This document shows positions 7,632 to 17,398 of a stretch of 64,000 nucleotides of DNA, one piece after another. The position numbers were made by a program, and so were the translations under genes. The notes under the pieces were generated by a model, which was given only the letters and a program-made list of their open reading frames with translations, made no database searches and had not been told where the DNA came from. The stretch lies in NCBI GenBank assembly GCA_018302765.1, contig JAGVZG010000002.1:32001-96000 (forward strand), in the 5' to 3' direction. This stretch comes from Candidatus Woesearchaeota archaeon. GTDB taxonomy: Archaea > Nanobdellota > Nanobdellia > SCGC-AAA011-G17 > GW2011-AR18. The stretch's first letter is position 1. Each line of letters opens with the position of its first letter.

Positions 7632-9323
7632 ATGAACGAATTAATCTATAAGCATGCACTTCATAATGCAGTAAAATATGAAGGAAAAGCCAACTTAGGA
7701 GCAATTATAGGAAAAGTTCTTGCTGAAGATCCAGATTTAAAATCCAACATGAAGTCATTAGGAAAGGAAGTTGCAGACATAATTAAAAAAGTAAACTCTA
7801 TGAAACTAAAAGACCAAATTGAGGAATTAGAAAAAATTGCTCCTGAACTTTTAGAAGAAAAAAATATTGTAGAAGAAAGAAGGCTGCCGCCATTGCCAAA
7901 TGTTAAAGACCATGTGATTTTAAGAGTTGCTCCATATCCATCTGGACCATTGCATATAGGAAATGCAAAACAAATTATAATCAATGATGAGTATGCAAAA
8001 ATCTACAAAGGCAAATTATTATTAGTAATAGATGATACTATCGGGAGCGAAGAAAAAAATATAGAGCCTGAAGCTTATGACTTAATTCCTGACGGACTTA
8101 AATGGCTAAATGTTAGTTTTGATAGTAATATTGTTTACAAATCAGATAGACTAGAAATTTATTATAAACATGCTGAAGATCTGATAAGAAAAGGAATGGC
8201 TTATACATGTAAATGCTCATCTGAGAAACTTAGGGAAAACAGGGCAAACAGAATAGAATGTTTATGCAGAAAAAATAAAGTTTCTGATATTTTAGAAGAA
8301 TGGCATGAAGTGCTGAAAGACAAGTACAAACAAGGTGAAATAGCTTTGAGATTAAAAACAAGCATGCAGCACCCCAATCCTGCATTTAGAGACAGAGTTT
8401 TATTTAGAATATCTGAAAGGGTACATCCTAGAGTTGAAAATAAATACAAAGTATGGCCAATGCTTGAATTTTCCTGGGCTGTTGATGATTACTTACTAAA
8501 AATAACTCATGTAATAAGAGGAAAAGAATTAATGATAGAAAGTGATATGGAGAGATTTATTTGGGAGATTTTTGGATGGAAAGGCCCAGAATTAATGCAT
8601 ACAGGATTATTAACTATAGAAGGCGTGAAACTAAGTAAAAGTAAAAGTAAAAGCGAAGTAAAATCAGGCAAATATTTTGGATGGGATGATCCCAGAACTT
8701 GGAGTCTACAGTCTTTAAGAAGAAGGGGCTTTAAAGTAGAAGCTATAAGAAGTTTTTGTTTAAGTTTTGGAGTTAATGAGAATGAATCTACTGTTTCTGT
8801 TGATAAATTCTATGCAGAAAATAGAAAGCTGGTAGAATCTGAAGCAAATAGATATTTCTTAGTTGAAGATTCAGTAGAAGTAGAAATAGAGGATGCACCT
8901 AAAACAGAAATTGAATTAAAATTACATCCAGATTTTCCAGAAAGGGGCTTTAGAAATTATATAACAAATGGCATGTTTCATATTTCAAGAAAAGATTTTA
9001 ATAATATAGAAGATGGTAAAATAAATAGGCTAATGGATTGTATGAATTTTATTAAGAAAGGAAATAAATTCATGTTCCATAGTTTAGAATATGAGAAGTT
9101 TAGAGATGCGAAAAATAAGGGCATGATAATACATTATGTTCCTAAGGATAATTGTGTTGGTTTTGAAGTATTGATGGATAATGGAGAAATAATTAATGGT
9201 GTTGCTGAAGATCAGATTAAAAATTTAAAAATTGATGATGTAATTCAAGCTGAAAGGAGATTTTTCTGCCGCTTAGATGCTGTACAAAATGATGTTTATA
9301 AATTCTGGTTTACGCACAAGTAA
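7632..9323 (+). CDS. gltX: Glutamate--tRNA ligase (archaeal type)
   Basis: PYPSGPLHIGN (HIGH), THVIRGKE, KLSKS, GWDDPR. Confidence 0.97.
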   Translation: MNELIYKHALHNAVKYEGKANLGAIIGKVLAEDPDLKSNMKSLGKEVADIIKKVNSMKLKDQIEELEKIAPELLEEKNIVEERRLPPLPNVKDHVILRVAPYPSGPLHIGNAKQIIINDEYAKIYKGKLLLVIDDTIGSEEKNIEPEAYDLIPDGLKWLNVSFDSNIVYKSDRLEIYYKHAEDLIRKGMAYTCKCSSEKLRENRANRIECLCRKNKVSDILEEWHEVLKDKYKQGEIALRLKTSMQHPNPAFRDRVLFRISERVHPRVENKYKVWPMLEFSWAVDDYLLKITHVIRGKELMIESDMERFIWEIFGWKGPELMHTGLLTIEGVKLSKSKSKSEVKSGKYFGWDDPRTWSLQSLRRRGFKVEAIRSFCLSFGVNENESTVSVDKFYAENRKLVESEANRYFLVEDSVEVEIEDAPKTEIELKLHPDFPERGFRNYITNGMFHISRKDFNNIEDGKINRLMDCMNFIKKGNKFMFHSLEYEKFRDAKNKGMIIHYVPKDNCVGFEVLMDNGEIINGVAEDQIKNLKIDDVIQAERRFFCRLDAVQNDVYKFWFTHK

Positions 9324-9408
9324 TTCTTTATTATTCTTGATAAATTGGATTTGGACTTATAATATATTGATTAACAAGCTTTAAAATTTTTTCCTAAATA
9401 GCATATTT

Positions 9409-9933
9409 ATGTTAAAGGTATTAACTATTCCACAAATTTTAGCAGAATTAGATATTTCTAAAAGCAATAATGTTGAAGGATTGATTGGCGTAGAAGCTTT
9501 AATAGCAGCTGCAGATTTGAGAGGACGTCAAAATAATCATCTTGAACTACTTTTGGAAGATAACTCTGGTTTAGTTGTAAATTATCAATGCCTAGGTGAA
9601 GATTATGTTAAGATGCAAGAAGTATTAAGATATGGTATTTCATACAACGTACCAGTAAAAGTTGTAGGAAAAGTATATAGGCGTGCAGCAGAAAGTGTTC
9701 CGCACATGAAAGCAGAAAGTGTGTCTATAAGGTTAAATTTTAATTATGATGATCCAAGACCTGACTTTGTAAATAAGTTAATGGGAACAGAGAAAAAAAC
9801 CATAAATGGTTATAACACTAAAATTATAAGAATTGATAAAGAAAATTTTGTTTTTTATGCCCCTGATGGTAAAATTACACCTAGCTCATTTGGAATCTCT
9901 TTTTTATTTACAACTGAAAAAGATCAATCCTGA
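9409..9933 (+). CDS. Hypothetical protein, possible OB-fold
   Basis: LLLEDNSG...VKVVGKV beta pattern reminiscent of OB folds (weak). Confidence 0.55.
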   Translation: MLKVLTIPQILAELDISKSNNVEGLIGVEALIAAADLRGRQNNHLELLLEDNSGLVVNYQCLGEDYVKMQEVLRYGISYNVPVKVVGKVYRRAAESVPHMKAESVSIRLNFNYDDPRPDFVNKLMGTEKKTINGYNTKIIRIDKENFVFYAPDGKITPSSFGISFLFTTEKDQS

Positions 9934-10220
9934 ATGTATTTTTCTGTATTTTCAAGACACTTTTTAGCCCTGTTTAACTCTTTTTCCAAATATTTTACAT
10001 GATCTTCTCTGCTTACTAGTTTATTGTCTTTAACCCATCTTAAAATTTCTTCTGGATTTTTAGAGCTAAAATCTTTATTTATGATATTTTTTCCAAATCT
10101 TGCTTTTGAATGAGTGTATTTTATCTCTTCGTATTTACAAAAAGCTATTTCTATCTCTTTTTTATCTTGATTAATCCTTATTAAAAAATAACCCACTGGA
10201 TCTAAAATTAACTCTGACAT
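9924..10220 (-). CDS. DUF4346-like small protein
   Basis: LDPVGYFLIRI N-terminus and HVKYLEKELNRA C-terminal helix. Confidence 0.7.
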   Translation of the reverse strand: MSELILDPVGYFLIRINQDKKEIEIAFCKYEEIKYTHSKARFGKNIINKDFSSKNPEEILRWVKDNKLVSREDHVKYLEKELNRAKKCLENTEKYIQD

Positions 10221-10298
10221 GTAAATAAATAAATTAGTTTTATTTATAAAATTATTTACACAGAAAACTTAATATAGAGCTTTACAGAAAAATAAGTA

Positions 10299-11375
10299 AT
10301 GGACATTGAAGATAAAATAAATATAATAAAAAGCCTTGCAGCAGAAATAGTAACAGAAGAAGAGCTAAGAGAACTATTAAAAACAAAGAGACAAATAATT
10401 GCATATGACGGTTTTGAACCTTCAGGCCAAATACATATTGCACAAGGACTAATGAGAACAATTACTGTAAATAAATTGACTTCTACAGGAATAAAATTTA
10501 GATTCTGGGTAGCAGATTGGTTTGCAATGTTAAATAATAAATTTGATGGAGATATGGGTAAAATAAGATTAGTTGGTGAATACTTTATAGAAGTATGGAA
10601 GGCCTGTGGCTTAAATATGAAAAATGTAGAATTTATCTGGACTTCTGACTTTATAAAAAAACATCCTGAATACTGGGAGACTGTTCTTAGGTTGTCAATG
10701 CATGCTTCTGTTCAGAGAGTATTAAGGTGCGGTCAAATAATGGGCAGAGAAGATAGTGTAAACAATCCTGCAGCACAAATACTTTATCCTTTAATGCAGG
10801 CTGCAGACATACATCATTTAGAAGCAGACATTGCGCAACTTGGGTTAGATCAAAGAAAAGTAAATATGCTGGCAAGAGAAGTATTTCCAAAACTTGGCTT
10901 TAAACCTCCTGTTGTTATTTCCCACCATATGCTACTGGGATTACAATTTACTGAATCTAATTTAGAAGGCATAGAGAAGAAAATAGCTATAAAAATGTCA
11001 AAGTCCAAGCCAGAGACAGCTATTTTCATGACAGATTCAAAAGAAGAGATTTTTAGAAAATTCTCTAAGGCCTATTGCCCAGAAGGCCAAGAACAAGATA
11101 ATCCTATATTGGAATACGCGAAATACATAGTGTTTGAAAAATGCAATAAAATTACAATAGAAAGACCTGCAAAATTTGGAGGTAATTTAACAGTAAAAAG
11201 TTATGATGGATTGAGGGATTTATTTATAGATAAAAAAATACATCCAATGGATCTAAAGAACTGTATAGCCAAATATATTAATGAACTGCTGGAACCTGTA
11301 AGACAACACTTTGAAAATAACAAAAAAGCAAAAGAGCTTAAAGAAAAAGTCCTAAGTTTTAAAGTAACTAGATAA
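10299..11375 (+). CDS. tyrS: Tyrosine--tRNA ligase (archaeal type)
   Basis: YDGFEPSGQIHIAQG, YPLMQAAD, GLDQRK, KMSKS. Confidence 0.97.
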   Translation: MDIEDKINIIKSLAAEIVTEEELRELLKTKRQIIAYDGFEPSGQIHIAQGLMRTITVNKLTSTGIKFRFWVADWFAMLNNKFDGDMGKIRLVGEYFIEVWKACGLNMKNVEFIWTSDFIKKHPEYWETVLRLSMHASVQRVLRCGQIMGREDSVNNPAAQILYPLMQAADIHHLEADIAQLGLDQRKVNMLAREVFPKLGFKPPVVISHHMLLGLQFTESNLEGIEKKIAIKMSKSKPETAIFMTDSKEEIFRKFSKAYCPEGQEQDNPILEYAKYIVFEKCNKITIERPAKFGGNLTVKSYDGLRDLFIDKKIHPMDLKNCIAKYINELLEPVRQHFENNKKAKELKEKVLSFKVTR

Positions 11376-11436
11376 ATTCAAATAAATATAGAACTACAAT
11401 AAATTTTATAAATAGTATCTTAACACTAAATTTCTT

Positions 11437-11766
11437 ATGACAGATGTAATCCCAATAAATATAAGAAAAGATAGAGTAACAATAGAAAGAATATTAGATG
11501 AACTAAGTTCTACAACCATAGCTACAATAAAAGAAATGTTAATTCAAGAAGGTTTTGAAGTACGTGGACAGCATGGAGGACAAATTCATGTTCAAAATCC
11601 TTTGGAAAGTCATCCAGTATACTGTAAGAGACTTTTACCTGTTGGCTATTTAGGAGTAGATCTTGATGAAGGACAGAGTTATTTTGAATTAGTTAACATA
11701 GAATATACAAGCCTTAGTAGGTATCATGATAAACTAAGAGAAATTCCTTTACGTTTAGGAAATTAA
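11437..11766 (+). CDS. Hypothetical protein
   Basis: 109-aa ORF with upstream TATA-like ttttataaa. Confidence 0.55.
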   Translation: MTDVIPINIRKDRVTIERILDELSSTTIATIKEMLIQEGFEVRGQHGGQIHVQNPLESHPVYCKRLLPVGYLGVDLDEGQSYFELVNIEYTSLSRYHDKLREIPLRLGN

Positions 11767-13967
11767 ATTGTTTTTAATTGTTCTATTGCATTATATAATA
11801 TTAAATAGGGACAATTCTTTTTATGATAATAATCTTGGTGCTTGGCTTCTATTCTTTTAATTGCTTTTTGAGCACTGTTTAAAGATGAAACCATTACATC
11901 CCTCTTGTTATTTTTAACCTGACTATAAATTTCCAAAGTCCTGATAATTATAGAGTTTAGAAAAGCTAGTTCATATTCAGAAATATTGATATCTATATGG
12001 TCATCTGAATATTCGGCAAAACTATTAAAGTGTTTAAGCGCCACCCTGTCTAGTTCATTGTCATCAAGACATTGATATTGGTTTAGTAAATTTGCTGTGT
12101 CAAATGTCAATGGAACCAATCTTCCTTCTTCTAAGTCCAAAGCTACAACACCGCCAAATTCATCAAATTTCCAATTTCCTGGATGCCCATCTTTATTATA
12201 CACTTTTTTTATGTTAGATAAAGAATCATTTAATTGAGCTAGATTAAAATAAACAGCATCAACTAGATGCATAGGGACATCAACTGAATTTAACCTTTCT
12301 CTAATTGTATCTAAATAACTTCTTTCAGCAATATTTTCTGTATCAAATCTTGCATGGATCAATCCCATGAAATCAGCTACAGCATAGAAATCATCAACTT
12401 TTGCCCTGCCTTCCCTTATTCTGTCTGCCAGAAGATCTCCAGCAACCATTTCCATAATGTAATAATTCTTATCCTGTATTTTTATAACACCAACCGGAAC
12501 AGGAACATCACGATCTTCAAAATCAGAAGTTATTTCTGCAATATTTTCTGTAGTTCTAATTTCCCCCTCTAAGTCTTTAACATTTCCGTGTTTGGCAATA
12601 ACTTCCTCTTTTAAAAGATCATTATCAAATCTTGCAACAATGTGCTTATTTCCTAAAATGTCTTGCAAACAATTATTATTTTCTAAAATTTTGTAAACTG
12701 CTCTGATTTTCTGTGCCCTTCCAGAATGTTTGTATCCTAAAACATCTAAAACCTTCCCATACATATAAACCAAATTAGCATCTTCAGGATTGTTGTCAAC
12801 AGCAGACTTCATCTCATCAACAGCAGAAACATCTTTATTTAACAAATTAATAAATACCTTATTGATAATTGAAACCTCGTCATGCTTTCTACAGAATAAA
12901 CTCTTTATAGACCTTATTAATTTATTCAATATGAAAGTTCTTCTAAAGAAATCAGCATAGCTTATATGCTCTGATTTTTTTGAAAATAATCTTAATGCTC
13001 TTCTATAGCATCTAAAAGCATTATCTCTTTCTTCGTTTTCATAATAGTTATTACCAAGCTCTACAAGATCTTCTATAGTTTTCTCTATGCTATTTTGTAA
13101 ATTAACTATTTTCTCCTGGTAATGCAATGCTTTTCTTTTATTGCCAATAGCGGAATGATATAATCTTGCAGCCCTGTAACTATAGTCTTTTAATGTTGTT
13201 GGATGCAAAGCAGAAGTAATAACTAATAGGCTTCCAAATGTAACAGCAGTTTCAACCCCGGCTCTAGCTGCAGTAGAAGCAATAGCTCCCGGATGACTTA
13301 ATATATCTTCTAATAAATTTCCAGTTAAAAATCCTTGATATGAAGTTATTCTGCGTTGTGATCTAAACAAGTACGTTGTATAAAAATAATACAAGAAAGC
13401 TAAGCTAGATATTGCTGCAGGAGCAATATTATAAATTAACCCTCCAATAGAACTTTTTACCCTTCTGATTCCTTTTCTTATTTTTCTTAAGTTATTAAGT
13501 CCTCTGCTTGCAGCTTCAGTTAATATTCCTGCCTGAACAGCATGCGCTACTGTCAAGCTCTCTACTCCTCCAGGAACAACGTCAGCCATTTCATATTCCC
13601 CATAATAAGTAGCTAATCCTGCAATAGTAGTTCCAATCAAAGCCGCAATTTTCGGGTTATGCAAAAACCAATTGTAAATGCCTTTTGTTGCAAACTTTCT
13701 AGCTTCCAAAACATATTCTTTTATTAAACCAAGAACTGCGTATACTCCATAAGAAGATGCAAGATTAATTTGAGCAATAGGAATAATTTCTGGGTATCTT
13801 GACCTTATGTATTCAGCTACTAAAAAAGCAATACTTGAGGTAGCAATAGGGTGTCTTGATAATGGATGATCTAGAAAATATTTTATTTTAGAGCCTAATC
13901 TTCTGCTAAGTGCTAATTCATGCTCGAAATCTTCCCTAACTATATCTTCGAGAAATTTAGTCTGCAT
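11763..13967 (-). CDS. Membrane protein with TPR-like helices and C-terminal aminoglycoside/choline-kinase-like (PKL) domain
   Basis: N-terminal hydrophobic helices; LVELGNNYY...AFRCYRRAL TPR-like; YYIMEMVAG hinge, NKDGHPGNW catalytic loop, ALDLE metal motif. Confidence 0.7.
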   Translation of the reverse strand: MQTKFLEDIVREDFEHELALSRRLGSKIKYFLDHPLSRHPIATSSIAFLVAEYIRSRYPEIIPIAQINLASSYGVYAVLGLIKEYVLEARKFATKGIYNWFLHNPKIAALIGTTIAGLATYYGEYEMADVVPGGVESLTVAHAVQAGILTEAASRGLNNLRKIRKGIRRVKSSIGGLIYNIAPAAISSLAFLYYFYTTYLFRSQRRITSYQGFLTGNLLEDILSHPGAIASTAARAGVETAVTFGSLLVITSALHPTTLKDYSYRAARLYHSAIGNKRKALHYQEKIVNLQNSIEKTIEDLVELGNNYYENEERDNAFRCYRRALRLFSKKSEHISYADFFRRTFILNKLIRSIKSLFCRKHDEVSIINKVFINLLNKDVSAVDEMKSAVDNNPEDANLVYMYGKVLDVLGYKHSGRAQKIRAVYKILENNNCLQDILGNKHIVARFDNDLLKEEVIAKHGNVKDLEGEIRTTENIAEITSDFEDRDVPVPVGVIKIQDKNYYIMEMVAGDLLADRIREGRAKVDDFYAVADFMGLIHARFDTENIAERSYLDTIRERLNSVDVPMHLVDAVYFNLAQLNDSLSNIKKVYNKDGHPGNWKFDEFGGVVALDLEEGRLVPLTFDTANLLNQYQCLDDNELDRVALKHFNSFAEYSDDHIDINISEYELAFLNSIIIRTLEIYSQVKNNKRDVMVSSLNSAQKAIKRIEAKHQDYYHKKNCPYLILYNAIEQLKTI

Positions 13968-14021
13968 TAAATTTTGAAATTACAATGAAGTTAAAGATAT
14001 TATTAAGTTTCAATATATAGT

Positions 14022-14738
14022 TTATTTTGCAGCAATTAGCCATAAAATATCAAAATAATTTCTAAAACCGTCTGCCACATCTTTTTCTCTTATTATTGTA
14101 AATATTGGCTCATCTTTCCAAACAACAATAGATATATTATTTCCATAAATATATACAGACATATTAATATTATTTTTGTTATTGAGATATTTTACTTCAG
14201 ACAGAGGAACATCTTTAACAAAATTTTTATTTTTTGAGTTTATGTCAAGCAGCATTTTAATTTTAATCTTCTTCTCTGCTCTCCTTGAATTAAATCTGGA
14301 AAAATATAGGTTTATTATTTCATTTGATTCCATTAGCTTTCCCATAAATAATATTTCCCTGCTTTCTTTAATTTGATCATCAAAAATAGTTTTCAAAGCT
14401 TGTTTACCTCTGAAAAACAAGACTTCATTTTTTGTTTTTGTAGATTTATATAGTCCTTTAATCTCAGGCAGTATTGCCTTAATTGTTTCTTCCTTCTCTT
14501 TTAAAATTTCTAATAGTCTTTCAGGATTTACAGCCTCAAAATTTCTTTTATTTTCTATAATTATATTACTAACTAATCCTTTGGTTCTTAATCTATATAA
14601 AATATCATAGGCAGTTCTTCTATGAATTCCTGTTTCCTTTGCTATAACCCCCGCCAAAGAAGGACCTTTTATTACCAATGTCAAATATATCTTAGCTTCA
14701 ACTGAAGTTAATCCCATTTCCTCTAGCTCCTTTTGCAT
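14022..14738 (-). CDS. TrmB family transcriptional regulator
   Basis: MGLTSVEAKIYLTL...IAKETGIHRRTAYDILYRLRTKGLV wHTH plus effector domain; start moved to MQKEL at 14738 (track start 14789). Confidence 0.88.
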   Translation of the reverse strand: MQKELEEMGLTSVEAKIYLTLVIKGPSLAGVIAKETGIHRRTAYDILYRLRTKGLVSNIIIENKRNFEAVNPERLLEILKEKEETIKAILPEIKGLYKSTKTKNEVLFFRGKQALKTIFDDQIKESREILFMGKLMESNEIINLYFSRFNSRRAEKKIKIKMLLDINSKNKNFVKDVPLSEVKYLNNKNNINMSVYIYGNNISIVVWKDEPIFTIIREKDVADGFRNYFDILWLIAAK

Positions 14739-14827
14739 AGCATTATTAAAATTAATATACAATATAAATCTTGTGGTGAAATATAGCACCTCAAATATTT
14801 AAATAAACAAGTTAATAAACAAATTGT

Positions 14828-16189
14828 ATGGCAACAGAATCAAGAATAGAAACACCTGAACCAATACCACGAATTTACGGTTTGGCAACAAGAACAAGTT
14901 CAAATGTTCATATAGTTTATCCTATTTCAGCTTTTTTGACTGCAACAGTCCAGCTTGCCACCCAAGAAGAACTTTCCAGAGACGTTGCTCAATGGCAAAA
15001 ATATAGGAAGTGGTTAAGAGAAAGAACAGAAAAATGTGAACATACAAGACCTGATTCTCCAGTTTTCAAGCTGGGTAAAAAGGCAAGCAAGCTTGTTGAT
15101 GCCGATCCAGCAGAGGCTAAAGAAGCAATTCTAGAGGCAATAGTTAGAGATGAGGATGCAATGAACTTGTGGGTAAAAGACAGATATGAAGAAGCTCTTG
15201 AAAGTCCAAAACCATATTATAAAATAATGAACTTAACATCTGGCGTTGCCTCAAAGAGCAATTCTAGAGGAAGAAGTGCACATAGACTCGTTTCAATTGC
15301 AAATCCAAATTTAACAAGAGGCGGAAGCTTGGGCATTCAAGAATTAAACTGCGGATGCGAGGACTCTTTCTATAATGGATTAAGAAGCAAACAAAATGCA
15401 GTTTTCTGTCATCATAGCGCAGCATTATTACTAGCTTATCATGCTACTGTAACAGGAAGAGACAAACTTGTAAAATTAGCATTCACTAAAGAAATACCAG
15501 ATGATCCAGCACTTCCATTTGATATTACACCATATAATACAAGATCAACAGCTTATCTAAATATAGATTTCTTAGTAGCGAGATACGTTGAAAGAACTAG
15601 TTTATTTGAAATAAACAGGAAGTTAGCTAGATTAGGACATCTGTTATTTACGCCAGCAGTAAACACAATGCTAAGAGACGGTAGAATGTGGTTTGAAGTT
15701 GTAAGAAATGGACTAAAAAAAGTAAAAGAAAGTCCAAGATACATGGCTGATACGTTTGGGTTATTAACAAGGGTAAAAGAAACCTTGAGAGCTGAAGGCT
15801 ACAGGGGTGTTGGCTACTGCATTGAATATGAAGGAACACCTTATGAAGCAATAACTCAGAGATGGACAAGTGAAGATAAAAAAGAAGGAATATCTTTAGT
15901 TTATACAGAAAGTCTACCTCTGCACTATGTACGCAGAAGATTTATAGACGGAGAAACAGACAACTATGGAGATGCAAAATTTAGATTAACAAGTGAAAAA
16001 AAAGAGCTGCTTTCTTCACATCCATACTCCAGAATTGGTAAAGAATATGAAGACATAGATGACATGACTAGAAGAAGATCTAGAACTAAAGTTATATTGC
16101 CAGGAAATCCAAAAGCCAGGAACAGTATTGCTGTACCTACATCAGTTACAAAAAGACAAAGAGAAGTTTTTGATTCACTAGTTAAATAA
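14828..16189 (+). CDS. Hypothetical protein with SWIM-type zinc finger
   Basis: CGCED-x13-FCHHSAA fits CxC-xn-CxH. Confidence 0.65.
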   Translation: MATESRIETPEPIPRIYGLATRTSSNVHIVYPISAFLTATVQLATQEELSRDVAQWQKYRKWLRERTEKCEHTRPDSPVFKLGKKASKLVDADPAEAKEAILEAIVRDEDAMNLWVKDRYEEALESPKPYYKIMNLTSGVASKSNSRGRSAHRLVSIANPNLTRGGSLGIQELNCGCEDSFYNGLRSKQNAVFCHHSAALLLAYHATVTGRDKLVKLAFTKEIPDDPALPFDITPYNTRSTAYLNIDFLVARYVERTSLFEINRKLARLGHLLFTPAVNTMLRDGRMWFEVVRNGLKKVKESPRYMADTFGLLTRVKETLRAEGYRGVGYCIEYEGTPYEAITQRWTSEDKKEGISLVYTESLPLHYVRRRFIDGETDNYGDAKFRLTSEKKELLSSHPYSRIGKEYEDIDDMTRRRSRTKVILPGNPKARNSIAVPTSVTKRQREVFDSLVK

Positions 16190-16772
16190 TTCTTAATAAA
16201 TAAATAGCTAGGCCTGAAAACAAAGGTATTGTAAGATTATCATTTACTACAAAGTTCTTATACCTTAATTCAATAGATTCTACTATCATACCTATTACTG
16301 CTCCAAAAAATGCTTCTTTATAGTTTACAAAAATAACAGCACCGACAAAAGACAAAATAATTCCTGCTATGGTTCCTTCAATTAATTTCTTTTTGTTCAA
16401 TGGGTGCTTAATTCTCCCAAAATGTATTCCTATTAATGAACCAACAGCATCTCCTATTGATAAAATCATAATTGATGCGAGAGCTGTATTTTTTTCAAAT
16501 AAAATTAAAGATAATAAACAACCAGCTATAAAATATATTGCACCATTGCCTGGCTTATTTTTCAAATCATCCTTTCTATCCATTTGTTTTAATAACCAGT
16601 AGAAAACAGGAATTTCAATTTTTTTATTTAGAAGTGAAGTTATTATTCCTAATATTAGAATTATTCCAAGAATTAATGAATTAAATATTCCTAAATCAAC
16701 CAGTATTACTATAATCAAGCCACATATTAAATGAAAAAGTTTTCTTTTAACTTCTAGTTCGTTAAACTGCAT
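16182..16772 (-). CDS. Dolichol/phytol kinase family (SEC59-like) membrane protein
   Basis: RKLFHL, GDAVGSLIG, KKLIEG, DNLTIPL. Confidence 0.88.
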   Translation of the reverse strand: MQFNELEVKRKLFHLICGLIIVILVDLGIFNSLILGIILILGIITSLLNKKIEIPVFYWLLKQMDRKDDLKNKPGNGAIYFIAGCLLSLILFEKNTALASIMILSIGDAVGSLIGIHFGRIKHPLNKKKLIEGTIAGIILSFVGAVIFVNYKEAFFGAVIGMIVESIELRYKNFVVNDNLTIPLFSGLAIYLLRII

Positions 16773-16821
16773 GATTATATATTGATAAAAAATTATTTAA
16801 AAGTAACTTGTTTGTTTACTA

Positions 16822-17331
16822 TTAATCTTTATTACGTTTTAATATACTCTCAAGACCGCTTCTTGCATTTCTTACATCGTTTCCTATAGAACTGCCACTT
16901 CTATAACCTTTTGCAGCTTCTATTCCAAGTTCAGCAGTCATTGCACCATCTAATAAAACACTGCCGAAATTTCCACTAGCAAAATTAGACAATGCAAAGT
17001 ATCCATATAAAACTGCACCAGTTACTTTGGCTAATCTTATGTATGGATTATGAGCTAAATCTGGATAAAAAAATATCTCAGTAAGCCTTTCACTACCACA
17101 AATAACAGCACCCCAAAAATTAGCAACACTTGTTAACGGCCTTAATAATATATTTGCTCCATATAAAATACTTGGTCTAATAGTGTCGTCTTTAGTTGCT
17201 TTAACTAAATAGCCTCCTGTATTTTTAACATAATGACCTAAGTTTGTTCGTCTTTTTACAATTCTTGTCATAAAAAATATAATTATAGGACATTTATAAA
17301 TGTTTTTATTATTACTACTAAAAAGATACAA
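16822..17331 (-). CDS. Hypothetical membrane-associated protein
   Basis: Hydrophobic segments; true start probably the internal MTRIVKRR. Confidence 0.55.
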   Translation of the reverse strand: MYLFSSNNKNIYKCPIIIFFMTRIVKRRTNLGHYVKNTGGYLVKATKDDTIRPSILYGANILLRPLTSVANFWGAVICGSERLTEIFFYPDLAHNPYIRLAKVTGAVLYGYFALSNFASGNFGSVLLDGAMTAELGIEAAKGYRSGSSIGNDVRNARSGLESILKRNKD

Positions 17332-17398
17332 TAATATTATTAATTTGTAACTCTTATGAAATAGTAACTTTTATATATAACTATGTTTTACAAAAAAG

